Below, piece by piece: positions 43,020-52,528 of a stretch of 64,000 nt of DNA. The position numbers and the translations under genes were made by a program. Where the stretch lies: the IMG/VR virus record IMGVR_UViG_3300005573_000052. The stretch is one strand, 5' to 3'. Positions within the stretch are counted from its first letter, which is position 1. Each line of letters opens with the position of its first letter. The notes beneath the pieces were generated by a model. That model did not search any database, was not told the DNA's origin, and saw only the letters and a program-made list of their open reading frames with translations. The stretch comes from a virus.

Positions 43020-43760
43020 ATTTAACCACGAGTGTATCTCGTGATCCTACAGTCACTGGCCCGGGTTTAATGGGCGGCACTGGCGACGGGTGTCAAAGTA
43101 AGCCGTCGTAGTTTCATGGATAGGTTCCGCTTGCCGCTGCTGAGTTTGCCACTTCTAAGCAGGAAAGTCGGTTGCAACACCGATGGGGATGAAACATGTC
43201 ACTCTTACCTCGTTCGCGGGAGTCATCCGCCGCGACGTTCCGGGCAACCGGGGCCGGAAGAGTGTTCTATGGGATAGGGACGGGGAGAAACCGTATTGAA
43301 ACAGCGCCGCGCTTTAACCGCCCGGTTCTGGCTCTCCGAGACCATCAGGGTCGAATTGGAACCGAGACGTTGGTAAAAGACCCGCGAAGCTCTCGCGCGA
43401 CTTCCATAGGCTTTCTGCTTCCCTTTTCGCCCGGCGATAGGGAAAGTGGTTACCCATGAACAGGTTTCCACTTTCGTTGCTGTCGCAACGAGGCACTCCG
43501 CTGCGCTCCGTGCCAAATGACGAGAATTACTATCTTTCGCTTCTCCTCTCCACCTTTCTCCTTCGCCCGGTTCACGGGTGCTCCTTGAAGCCCTCTCTCT
43601 TACGTCTCACCCCTAAAGCTGAACACCTATAACTAATGGGGCTTAACGTTGAGCCCATTTCGCCGGAAACCCGGTTCATCTGAAAAATTACTCATGGTTC
43701 AGTGAATAGTATAATACTAGTGATGGTTCAGTATCTGTAGGCCAAGTTCCTGCTACCCAA
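43020..43760. other. long non-coding, hairpin-rich interval
   Basis: no credible ORF; about ten stem-loops. Confidence 0.45.
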
Positions 43761-43778
43761 AGAAATGCGCGAAAAAGG

Positions 43779-43808
43779 TTGACACTTGGAGGGAAACCGG
43801 GCTACAAT
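43779..43808 (+). promoter_or_regulatory. sigma70-type promoter
   Basis: TTGACA-N18-TACAAT. Confidence 0.78.
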
Positions 43809-43869
43809 AGCCGTGTCAGAGTTCCCGGTTGCACCGTTACGCACCCCAATCTCACCGCTTTACCCCTTC

Positions 43870-44361
43870 ATGCTCACCATCGCCTACGTCAAGAACCTTC
43901 TGTTCTCGCATTTCCTGTCCCAAACGACCTTTGACCTGAAAAGCGACCTAGCCTCCATCAAATTCCCGGCATCCAAGGGCAAGGGGGTGGAGTTGGATTC
44001 AAATCTAGCCGATAAGCATTCCGCCCTTGTGCGCGCCGCGCTGGATGACTTTGTCAAGGACGACATGTTGGTGGAGTTGGAACCCAAGGGGAGTGGTCTC
44101 TACATCCTACGCCTTCCGCTTGACAGCTTTACCCAGACCGTGGAAATCTCGCCCGGATTGGCGGAGATGATTGCCGACCTCATCAATGGGTTCGGTGAGG
44201 CCCAAGACCGGGCCTTGGGTTCAGAGGATGAGGAGGAAGATTTTGAGGGAGAGGCGCGGCAGCACTATCAGTGCGACCGGATGAACCTGAGCGAACGGGA
44301 CATCGCCATCATTGTGCATATCTGCCATTCGCTCATCAACGACATAGGTGACGGGAAGTAA
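43870..44361 (+). CDS. hypothetical protein
   Basis: MLTIAYVKNL, downstream of the promoter. Confidence 0.65.
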   Translation: MLTIAYVKNLLFSHFLSQTTFDLKSDLASIKFPASKGKGVELDSNLADKHSALVRAALDDFVKDDMLVELEPKGSGLYILRLPLDSFTQTVEISPGLAEMIADLINGFGEAQDRALGSEDEEEDFEGEARQHYQCDRMNLSERDIAIIVHICHSLINDIGDGK

Positions 44362-44379
44362 TAAGGGGAGACATTCCAC

Positions 44380-45264
44380 ATGGACACTCTTGCCTTTCTC
44401 GTCGTCTACGTCCTGTCCGCCGCATTCCTGTTCCATGTGTGGGCAAGGTCCGATTTGACCAAGGTGCCGCGCGAATGGGTCATGCGCGTTTCGCCGGGCT
44501 GGGTGAAATACATGATGCAGTGTCCATTATGTCTGGCGTTTCATGCTGGATGGTTGGGCACGGTGGGATATTGGCTGGCCACGGGCGTAGTGCTGTTCGC
44601 GCCGGTCATCCTGTTTGCCGCGCCGATGGCGGTGCTGATGGTTGACTTGGCCCTGCGCGCTCTAATTCGCGCGAACGAGCCTCCGCTACTTGAGGTGAGC
44701 TGTGGGTCTCAGGAGTCGGTTCTAAACCTTTTCTCGTCATGGGCGAACGACAAAAAAGAAAGAGAGAGGCTGATCAATGACGCTGTGACCGCACAACTAG
44801 TCAGAACGACATTGGCAGGTCCAAGCACGATTTTGTCTTCAGGTCTTCCACGGGCAGTTTTAACCCCTGAGGGTGAAGTGCGGACGGGTTGGGATAGCTC
44901 CATTCTGCCCGGTCAATTTCATACTCCGCCACCCCCCTTGTGGAAGGGACCCATCCCAGAGGGGTGGGAAGTGACAGATTCAGGAACTCTTTACGGATTA
45001 TCGTTCTCGTGTCCCGGGTTGCACGGGCGCAAGGTTCGGACTTCGTATTTTCAAGGTAAGACCGGGGTTATCGTTAATGGATTCCGTAACGGCGATGATT
45101 GCTCGGACGCATGGGGAGAATTGATGTATACACTACGATGGGAACCAAACCAGATATGGTTTGATCAACCCCTAATAGGCGAAAGCTCTGTGCCCGTCAA
45201 GAGTTGTGTATTTCTGGACGATGGGGAGCCGTTTAACCCCGTCGCCCACGAGCAGACCAAGTAA
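44380..45264 (+). CDS. hypothetical membrane protein
   Basis: three N-terminal hydrophobic helices; CPLC motif. Confidence 0.65.
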   Translation: MDTLAFLVVYVLSAAFLFHVWARSDLTKVPREWVMRVSPGWVKYMMQCPLCLAFHAGWLGTVGYWLATGVVLFAPVILFAAPMAVLMVDLALRALIRANEPPLLEVSCGSQESVLNLFSSWANDKKERERLINDAVTAQLVRTTLAGPSTILSSGLPRAVLTPEGEVRTGWDSSILPGQFHTPPPPLWKGPIPEGWEVTDSGTLYGLSFSCPGLHGRKVRTSYFQGKTGVIVNGFRNGDDCSDAWGELMYTLRWEPNQIWFDQPLIGESSVPVKSCVFLDDGEPFNPVAHEQTK

Positions 45265-45273
45265 CGCCGCCCC

Positions 45274-45912
45274 ATGACCGAATACGAACTCATCGAGCGG
45301 GTTAAGACCTCCCAAGACAGTCAGGCCCTCGTGGACCTCGTCAACCAGCACACCGGGGCCTATTTCGCGGTGGTCAACCGCTACGCCTCGGCCTACCCCG
45401 GCGTCATCCGCGCCGAAGACATGGGCGATGACAAGCTGCTCAACTTCTATACCTTCATCTGTGCCTACGACCCGACCAAGGGGACCAAGCTAAGCACGTT
45501 TATCACCCAGCGCACCGACTACCTGTGCAAAGTCATGCTGAAGAAGGGGAAACACAACCCGCTGGATGGGTGTGGATATGGCTCATCCGGCATCATGCCC
45601 ATCACCGAAATGGGCGAATTGGGGGAGAGCGGCTCGACCAGCACATTGCGCCCGCTCAATCTGACCGACACCAGCCGGGAAGCTCAGGTGTCCGAGGAGG
45701 CCGGGCTGCACTTGGATGGCGATGCAGTCATGCAGGCGGCGGAAGAGGTATGTCCCGACAAACGGTTCGGGCGCGTGTTTGCTCTGCGTCACCATGAGGG
45801 GCTGAGTTGGCGCGAGATTGGGCGGAAGATGAAGCTGAGCCACGAGCGCGTGCGCAGACTCTACTTGGAGCACGTCGGGGCGGTGGTGGAAGGGATGAAG
45901 GAGACGGTATGA
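45274..45912 (+). CDS. RNA polymerase sigma factor (sigma70 family)
   Basis: region 2 YDPTKGTKLSTFI; region 4 LSWREIGRKMKLSHERVRRL. Confidence 0.85.
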   Translation: MTEYELIERVKTSQDSQALVDLVNQHTGAYFAVVNRYASAYPGVIRAEDMGDDKLLNFYTFICAYDPTKGTKLSTFITQRTDYLCKVMLKKGKHNPLDGCGYGSSGIMPITEMGELGESGSTSTLRPLNLTDTSREAQVSEEAGLHLDGDAVMQAAEEVCPDKRFGRVFALRHHEGLSWREIGRKMKLSHERVRRLYLEHVGAVVEGMKETV

Positions 45913-46172
45913 ACCTCCTCCGCCAAACCCTCAACTGGTTCAACCTCCAGTCCGCCGCCAAGAAACGGCGCGAAAAGGTTGTAGCCCAGTCCTACCAGAC
46001 CGATGTCACCCATTCGCTCTGGATGCCGACCCCCAACCGGTATATCGAACACGACATCGGGTTCAAGCTAATCAAGATGCCAGACGGGTCCAAGCAACGG
46101 GTCAGGACGCGCAAGGTCGCTGATACCGGCGGAGTAGCGTTTTACGTGTTTGACGAGTCGTTTCGGTTTTGA
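45909..46172 (+). CDS. hypothetical protein
   Basis: ATGA overlap with the sigma gene. Confidence 0.55.
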   Translation: MNLLRQTLNWFNLQSAAKKRREKVVAQSYQTDVTHSLWMPTPNRYIEHDIGFKLIKMPDGSKQRVRTRKVADTGGVAFYVFDESFRF

Positions 46173-46211
46173 GTTTTTCACTGTTACCAATTACCCCACT
46201 TCCTTCCCCCT

Positions 46212-47291
46212 ATGTCCAATCAGTTTGTTTTTAACGCGCCCCTCAACAACGTGAGTTTTGGTCAAACCTCAATCGCCATCCTCCGCGAGATGTATAAGCG
46301 CGGATTGATGCCTCAGATCATGCCCATCGGGCAAGTAGACCTATCGTCTCAAAAGCCGGATCAAGGGTTCAATGTCTGGCTCCAAAACTGCATCAATAGC
46401 GCGCCCCTGAAGCACTCGCGCAAGAACACGGCTTACAAGCTCTGGCACGTAATGCAATCAAACGAGACATACTCATCCCAAGACAGTCGCCTCATCACAT
46501 TCCAAGAAACGGGGCAGCTTACCCCGGTTGAAGTGAACCTGCTTAAGCAACAGGACAAGGTCTATGTGACCAACCGATATGCCCAAACGTTTTTCAGGAT
46601 GTATGGGATTGAAACGACGTATATGCCGCTCGGGTTTGACTCTCACAACTTCACCTCACTCCCGGTCCGTCCAAAAATTGAAGGAGTGACATCTTGGCTC
46701 TTGACATCAAAAGCGGAGCACCGCAAGCATACCTATCGTCAACTCGGGCTTTGGGCAAAGAAATATGGGAACAGGAAGGAACATAGGCTGAATGCGGCGA
46801 TGACCAATCCATTCCTGAAACCGGAAGACCAGCAAGCGTTGATTTCGCGGGCGTTGGACGGGAAGGCTTATTGGAACATCAATTGGCTGGATTTTGCGCC
46901 GACCAACGCGGAGTATTCGTGCACCCTCCAGTCGTCCGACATTATCCTGTGCTGTAGTGGAAGCGAGGGGTTTGGATTGCCAGAGTTCCATGCGACAGCA
47001 CTGGGCGCGTGGCCAGTGGCTCTCAAGGCTCACTCGTATCTCGATTTCTTCACCGACGAGAACGCAGTGCTGGTCAACCCCAACGGGATGGTTCCCGTCT
47101 ATGACGGAATCTTCTTCCGGGAAGACTCCCCAATTAACAAGGGTAACATTTTTTCGTTCGCTGATGAAGATTGGTATGCGGCGTGTGAGGAGGCGGAAAG
47201 ACGAGTTAAGTTGTTGGGAGTCAATAAGAAGGGTCTTGAACTTAAAAATTGGACATACGCTAAAGCTGTCGATATTTTGATGGAGAAATAA
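46212..47291 (+). CDS. GT4-like glycosyltransferase
   Basis: PLGFD, KAEHRK, SGSEGFGLPEFHATALG. Confidence 0.75.
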   Translation: MSNQFVFNAPLNNVSFGQTSIAILREMYKRGLMPQIMPIGQVDLSSQKPDQGFNVWLQNCINSAPLKHSRKNTAYKLWHVMQSNETYSSQDSRLITFQETGQLTPVEVNLLKQQDKVYVTNRYAQTFFRMYGIETTYMPLGFDSHNFTSLPVRPKIEGVTSWLLTSKAEHRKHTYRQLGLWAKKYGNRKEHRLNAAMTNPFLKPEDQQALISRALDGKAYWNINWLDFAPTNAEYSCTLQSSDIILCCSGSEGFGLPEFHATALGAWPVALKAHSYLDFFTDENAVLVNPNGMVPVYDGIFFREDSPINKGNIFSFADEDWYAACEEAERRVKLLGVNKKGLELKNWTYAKAVDILMEK

Positions 47292-47317
47292 AACCCATTG
47301 AGAATGGGTGTATATAG

Positions 47318-48388
47318 GTGAAACCCCACCTCTCCATGAAAAGGAAAATACAAAAAGAATGGCATGAAGAAATCTGCCAAAAACGGCGAAGCGGCCAGAC
47401 CGTAAAGTCTTTGGCAAAAGAATATAATGTTAGCGAAACAGCCATCGGAAGAACGCTTAGGGCGAATGGGGTAAAAATAGCACCGCGATATTTTCGCAAA
47501 CATTGGTTTGATTTCCGTTTTTTTGATGAGATCGACTCCGAAGAAAAATCTTACATTTTGGGCTTTTTATATGCAGACGGCTCCAATTGTCCTAAAAATG
47601 GTAAGGTTACTTTAGAACTTCAGGATGCTGATAAGGAAATTTTAGAAAAAATTGCAACGGCAATAGGTTTCAGCGGAAAGTTATTTCCTTTAACCCCAAG
47701 ATGCAAAGGGAAGGTTTATCCTTCATGCCGACTTTCACTAAATAGTCGAATATTTTCAGATCGTTGTTCTGAACTCGGAGTTGTTTATGACAAATCCTTT
47801 AAGATTCAGATGCCTTCAGAAACAATTGTTCCTCCCTCTCTTCTTCCCCATTTTATCCGGGGCTATTTTGACGGAGATGGGAGCTTTTCTTTTCGACCAG
47901 AAAAGAGTCGCTTTGCAACGATAAATTTTATTGGGAACCCCTTGTTTATCGACCAATTACAACAATATTTTGTATCTGCTCTCAGCATCAAAGGGTCCAC
48001 CCATCCTCATAAAAACCAAAAATCGAAATATCTAGGTATCTCTGGTAACCTTCAGATAGAAAGGGTTTTGGAACATTTGTATCAAAATGCCACCATTTAT
48101 CTTAAACGGAAACACGATAAGTATATTATCTTTAAGGGGTTGCGTAGAACTTTCTCTCGTAAGGCCGGATGCTCATCTCGGTTTTTTGGTGTTTCTAAAA
48201 CTGAAGACAAAACATGGAAAGCTGGGGTAAATTTTGGAGGCAAACAGCACTATCTGGGAGCCTTTAAGACAGAGGAGGAGGCGGCACGGGTTTACGATAA
48301 ATGGTGTAGAGAACGAGGTCACAATCTTCAGTTGTTGAATTTTCCTAAGTCCGAGGCGGTAGACATACTGCTTGCTGGGGTAGGGTAA
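47318..48388 (+). CDS. LAGLIDADG homing endonuclease with AP2-like C-terminus
   Basis: YILGFLYADGS and FIRGYFDGDGS; AT-rich. Confidence 0.88.
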   Translation: MKPHLSMKRKIQKEWHEEICQKRRSGQTVKSLAKEYNVSETAIGRTLRANGVKIAPRYFRKHWFDFRFFDEIDSEEKSYILGFLYADGSNCPKNGKVTLELQDADKEILEKIATAIGFSGKLFPLTPRCKGKVYPSCRLSLNSRIFSDRCSELGVVYDKSFKIQMPSETIVPPSLLPHFIRGYFDGDGSFSFRPEKSRFATINFIGNPLFIDQLQQYFVSALSIKGSTHPHKNQKSKYLGISGNLQIERVLEHLYQNATIYLKRKHDKYIIFKGLRRTFSRKAGCSSRFFGVSKTEDKTWKAGVNFGGKQHYLGAFKTEEEAARVYDKWCRERGHNLQLLNFPKSEAVDILLAGVG

Positions 48389-48415
48389 AAATGGCCCGAT
48401 TATCGCCCCAAAAAC

Positions 48416-48457
<42 letters not shown>

Positions 48458-48534
48458 AGTAGAGGAGACGTGTGTTTGTTGGTGTATCAGGTGATGATAT
48501 CACCTCAAGCCTTCCTCCTTAACCCACTCCCATC

Positions 48535-48918
48535 ATGGCCATTATCAACCCCGTCGCCCAGACGCCCTTCGGTGCGGCCCTCACCAATGTTGCGCTTTCC
48601 TCCCTCAGTGTCCAATACATGCAGGACAACTGCGTGGTCCAGACCCTCGGGGCTACGGGGGTCGATGATGGGTATGCTGGCATTTACACGTTCTCCGGGG
48701 CCTGTGCGGTTGCGGCGGACGGGTTCAACGTGCTGGTTACACCGACCACGGGCCGGTGGATTAACTGTGCGACGCGCACCCCGGCAAGCGTCAATTTGAC
48801 TGGGGACGTAACGGGCGCAGGAGGCACTACGGTTATCGTGGCTCCGAACGGGTTGCCCGTGACAGCCATATCTAAGAAAGCCACTGATGCCACGGCCTGC
48901 CCATCACCCTCTACGTGA
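48535..48918 (+). CDS. hypothetical, possibly virion protein
   Basis: GGTGTAT motif upstream; NLTGDVTG motif. Confidence 0.6.
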   Translation: MAIINPVAQTPFGAALTNVALSSLSVQYMQDNCVVQTLGATGVDDGYAGIYTFSGACAVAADGFNVLVTPTTGRWINCATRTPASVNLTGDVTGAGGTTVIVAPNGLPVTAISKKATDATACPSPST

Positions 48919-49298
48919 AAGACGTGCCCGTGCTGACGAGCGGTGCGCCTGCGGACATTGCGACGATTGCGGTGCCTGCGGGGATTACGCGGTGGATGAT
49001 TCAAAGCTCTTTTGATATTGCATCAAACCCAAGGGCCATTGGATGTTCTGCCGTAGTAGAAAGCGCAGTAGGCACGCTGGCCTCCGGGATTTTCCGGGTG
49101 AACACAGCGGATGCTGGAGGGGGGATGACCCTCATTATCATAGAAAATCGGCTGACCACGGCGGGGAGCATAGCTGTTTTCGAGATGGGAGACGAAGTAG
49201 ATATGTCAACGAACACGACTCTTTACCTCCATCAATCAACAGCCTCCGCCAACGCAGGCACCGTTTCATTCTACTTGACAATATATCCCCTCCCTTAA
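48915..49298 (+). CDS. hypothetical, possibly virion protein
   Basis: GTGA overlap; beta-rich composition. Confidence 0.55.
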   Translation: MKDVPVLTSGAPADIATIAVPAGITRWMIQSSFDIASNPRAIGCSAVVESAVGTLASGIFRVNTADAGGGMTLIIIENRLTTAGSIAVFEMGDEVDMSTNTTLYLHQSTASANAGTVSFYLTIYPLP

Positions 49299-49816
49299 AT
49301 GTGTTTCCAGTGATTCCTTAGGACGATATCTCTGACACATCCACACCCAACCCCGAACTGTCGGGATATAGCCGGTCGGGAGACTCCAGACGAGCGAAGC
49401 CTCCTAATCTCTAAAACGTCAGAATCGGTCAGCTTCGCGTTGTGGTGGCTCATCCCCTTCCTTCCCGTCTTCAGTCCAGTCCTGAACGCGTGATTATGGT
49501 TTTCACTGACCGAAACCCACTCAAGATTTTCACTTCGATTGTCCGATTTTATGCCGTTTTTATGGTTAACCTGAGGTTTGTTGTCGGGGTTAGGAACGAA
49601 CGCTATAGCCACTAGTCTATGGACGAGAAAACTTTTCGCGACTCCATCTCGTTGAAGGGTCGTCCCGGGATATAGGCCCGGGAGAACGGCAATTCTCATT
49701 ATGTGAATTTTCGGCTTGGTTCTCCGAGAATTCATCAAGGAACGCACTCGTCCTAGATTACTGATCTCGTAGAGGTTCTCAAAGCCTAGAATTGGTTTCC
49801 ATTGTTCATTGTCCAT
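49295..49816 (-). CDS. NUMOD4-HNH homing endonuclease
   Basis: EQWKPILGFENLYEISNLGRVRS; VNHKNGIKSDNRSENLEW. Confidence 0.9.
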   Translation of the reverse strand: MDNEQWKPILGFENLYEISNLGRVRSLMNSRRTKPKIHIMRIAVLPGLYPGTTLQRDGVAKSFLVHRLVAIAFVPNPDNKPQVNHKNGIKSDNRSENLEWVSVSENHNHAFRTGLKTGRKGMSHHNAKLTDSDVLEIRRLRSSGVSRPAISRQFGVGCGCVRDIVLRNHWKHI

Positions 49817-49944
49817 ACCTTCTTATAGCCATAAGAGATAAAAGTGTCAAGTCCATTCTATTTACCCGCTGCCTTAAGCCGTGGGAGCGAGACAGGTAAT
49901 CCAACAATCGGTTCGGGTGTATAGAAGAGACACGCAGTCCACCC

Positions 49945-50541
49945 ATGCCCTCACCGTCCTCCCTATCACTCCCGTCCAGCTCGACCAAGTGCCCATGGTG
50001 CGGGCTGCTCACCGCCGGGCGAGACGCAGCGCGAAAGGACAACTGGTGTGATAACGGGCATCATTATTCAGACCTATCGGCGCTGATAGCCTCGATTAGC
50101 ACCGTTGACTCCTCCGCTCCCACCTCCGCGAAGGAACCCCGTGACTCAACCATCAAGGAGAGGAATAAAACAGCTAGCAATCCGCCCGCTGACCAGTATC
50201 CCAACCCGAGTGGGGGTGGGCCAGCTAGCTCGCCCAATCCTGACAACCCGACTGTCCAGAACATCCCCATCGACACGACGTATGTCGGTAGTCCACCCGA
50301 TTACTCAACCCAGCAGTGGTTCATGGGCAAGCGTTCTGATACCACGGCATGGGTGCTGGATTGCGACGAGAAGACTGGGTTTGCCAAATGGCCGCTCTCG
50401 TTCAAGGTCATCGAGCACGATTTCACCCGTCCGAACAAGCCATTGAACCGGGGGCAGGAGTCCAAGACTACGCCCAATGCCGCGCCGGACAAAGGTGGTG
50501 AGACCTCTCCTCCGTCCATCGGCCCGGTTGGTGCTGCCTAG
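49945..50541 (+). CDS. hypothetical protein
   Basis: GGGTGTATAG upstream; CPWC motif. Confidence 0.55.
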   Translation: MPSPSSLSLPSSSTKCPWCGLLTAGRDAARKDNWCDNGHHYSDLSALIASISTVDSSAPTSAKEPRDSTIKERNKTASNPPADQYPNPSGGGPASSPNPDNPTVQNIPIDTTYVGSPPDYSTQQWFMGKRSDTTAWVLDCDEKTGFAKWPLSFKVIEHDFTRPNKPLNRGQESKTTPNAAPDKGGETSPPSIGPVGAA

Positions 50542-50570
50542 CCGCCCGCCGCCCGGTTCGCGCGGACGAG

Positions 50571-50600
50571 TTGACAGATCATCCTCACGTAGCCTACAAT
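50571..50600 (+). promoter_or_regulatory. sigma70-type promoter
   Basis: TTGACA-N18-TACAAT. Confidence 0.78.
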
Positions 50601-50608
50601 ACCCTATC

Positions 50609-51016
50609 ATGCCCCTTTACGCCTTTGAACATGCCAAGACCGGCGAAGTGCGAGAAATCGTATTTCACATGAACGAGGACAAGACTTACAATGGGGAGGA
50701 TGGAAAGGAGAAGGGGCTATGGAAGCGGGTGTGGTTGAAGCCGCAGATGGCGGTGGACGCAAAACCGGTGGACCCGTTCTCGCCCAAGGATTTCGTCAAG
50801 GCCACCAACAAGAAGGGTTCGCTAGGAGACCTCTGGGACCGTTCAGCCGAGCTGTCGGCCCAACGCGAGGAGAAACTGGGTGAAGACCCGGTGAAAAAGA
50901 AGTTCTACAAGCAATACTCAGCGAAGCGCAAAGGGACAAAGCACCCGCAGGAGGCGCGCGAGAACGTGACCAAAAAAATGAAGGGGATTGGGCTGACTGC
51001 CAAGTGGGACGACTAG
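50609..51016 (+). CDS. FmdB-like protein lacking the Cys ligands
   Basis: MPLYAFEHAKTGEVRE. Confidence 0.6.
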   Translation: MPLYAFEHAKTGEVREIVFHMNEDKTYNGEDGKEKGLWKRVWLKPQMAVDAKPVDPFSPKDFVKATNKKGSLGDLWDRSAELSAQREEKLGEDPVKKKFYKQYSAKRKGTKHPQEARENVTKKMKGIGLTAKWDD

Positions 51017-51231
51017 AATCCATCCGCCCCGCTCGCCCGCATTCCGGCAATCCAGTTAGCCCGTTCCGTGGTCAGCCAGACCCACTTGGCCCGCGCATAA
51101 CCCACATCATAACCCACTTTCTCTGATTCCAGCCACTTAACCCGCGCAATCTGTTCCTGCTCAGCTAGATGCCGAGAAAATAGTGAGGAATGCTCGATGG
51201 GAAAAGCGCCGGTTAGAGAGGTATCGCTCAT
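51013..51231 (-). CDS. hypothetical protein
   Basis: KWLESEKVGYDVG motif. Confidence 0.6.
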   Translation of the reverse strand: MSDTSLTGAFPIEHSSLFSRHLAEQEQIARVKWLESEKVGYDVGYARAKWVWLTTERANWIAGMRASGADGF

Positions 51232-51238
51232 TTGGGAG

Positions 51239-51268
51239 TTGACAGTTGGACCCCAACTGGGCTATCAT
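51239..51268 (+). promoter_or_regulatory. sigma70-type promoter
   Basis: TTGACA-N18-TATCAT. Confidence 0.78.
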
Positions 51269-51321
51269 ACACCTGTCAGTCACTTCACCCATACCCAACA
51301 ACACCCAACCCATACATCACC

Positions 51322-51996
51322 ATGGCATTCGGCAAAGGCTCAGGCTCCAACTTCCCTCCGGGAACCAAAGTATATTACGTCAAGATTCGCTCCAAGGACC
51401 TCCCGGCTCCCATTTTTGAAGTCGCTCAAAAGGGCGAAGATGGCAAACCGGTTATTGTTGACCCCGCCGCGACCCGTGTCAGCGGTAACATCATCGGTGT
51501 CAACCACAAGGAATTCACCAACCCGAAGAATAAGGAGGTCATCAAGTCTGTCACCGTGATGATTCAAGATGGCAACGAGGCCTACTACGTAGGCGTGCCC
51601 TACTCGTATCTTGGTCGCGGGATCATGAATAGCATTCTGGCCTTGACCAAATTTGGTGGGGTAGAAATGTCGCTCTACCAGAGCAAGCCGAAACCCGATT
51701 CCGTCAACAAGACGGGCTTCGCCTCCTGTGCGCTCCGCCAAAACGGTGAGTTGGTCTATGGCCGATTCAAGAAGGAAGACTTGCCCGAGATCAAGAAGGT
51801 TAAGGTTGGCGATAAGACCTTCTCGGACGATGCGGAAATCAACGCCTTCTTCAAGGCCCACATCGAGGAACTGAACAAGGTTATCAAGGCCAAAACGCCC
51901 GAGGTTAGTGGCGAGCTGACGCATACCGAACCCGTTTCGGGCGGCGCAACCAATTTTGTTACGGGGGAGGACCTTGACAGCGATGTTCCTTTTTGA
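51322..51996 (+). CDS. putative single-stranded DNA-binding protein
   Basis: acidic C-terminal tail DLDSDVPF. Confidence 0.6.
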   Translation: MAFGKGSGSNFPPGTKVYYVKIRSKDLPAPIFEVAQKGEDGKPVIVDPAATRVSGNIIGVNHKEFTNPKNKEVIKSVTVMIQDGNEAYYVGVPYSYLGRGIMNSILALTKFGGVEMSLYQSKPKPDSVNKTGFASCALRQNGELVYGRFKKEDLPEIKKVKVGDKTFSDDAEINAFFKAHIEELNKVIKAKTPEVSGELTHTEPVSGGATNFVTGEDLDSDVPF

Positions 51997-52430
51997 TGTC
52001 CGAGAGTAAGATTTGCAGGCGTTGTGCTCAGTCAAAGTCTTTGAGTGAGTTCTATCCTCACTCAAAGATGAAGGATGGACATCTAAATATCTGCAAGTCC
52101 TGCACAAAAGCAAGGGTTTCTGCTCATAGAGCAGCTAACGTAGACAAGATAAGAAATTATGATAGAAAAAGATATCAAGAGTCTGCGCGAAAAGAAAAAG
52201 CTGCCACAAGAGCCAAACAGTTTAGGGTTGATTTCCCTCAGAAATATAAAGCTCACATGGCAGTGGGAAACGCAGTCCGAGACGGAAGGTTAGAAAAGAA
52301 ACCCTGCGAACGGTGTGGAAGAGAAGATTCTCACGGTCATCATCATGATTACGGTCGTCCTTTAGACGTGGTTTGGCTTTGCCCCGTTTGTCACGCCAAG
52401 GAGCACAAACGAATAAAAGACTCCCACTAG
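51993..52430 (+). CDS. small HNH-like endonuclease
   Basis: CRRC...CKSC; CERC...HGHHHDYGRPLDVVWLCPVCH. Confidence 0.75.
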   Translation: MMSESKICRRCAQSKSLSEFYPHSKMKDGHLNICKSCTKARVSAHRAANVDKIRNYDRKRYQESARKEKAATRAKQFRVDFPQKYKAHMAVGNAVRDGRLEKKPCERCGREDSHGHHHDYGRPLDVVWLCPVCHAKEHKRIKDSH

Positions 52431-52441
52431 GCACTTACCCC

Positions 52442-52471
52442 AAGGGGCCGGAGCAATCCGGTCCCTTTTTT
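52442..52471 (+). terminator. intrinsic terminator
   Basis: AAGGGGCCGGA/TCCGGTCCCTT stem plus T tract. Confidence 0.7.
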
Positions 52472-52482
52472 GTGCGCGCGAG

Positions 52483-52512
52483 TTGACAGTGAGGGGCTTG
52501 GGTGGATATGAT
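52483..52512 (+). promoter_or_regulatory. sigma70-type promoter
   Basis: TTGACA-N18-TATGAT. Confidence 0.75.
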
Positions 52513-52528
52513 AGGGGATATCCCATCC

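Noticed and set aside
43160-43195. Cobalamin riboswitch (GGAAAGTCGGTTGCAACACCGA), tempting given nrdJ
   Set aside because: The B12 box and the GCAACTGT-type core are not visible, and no B12 gene is downstream.
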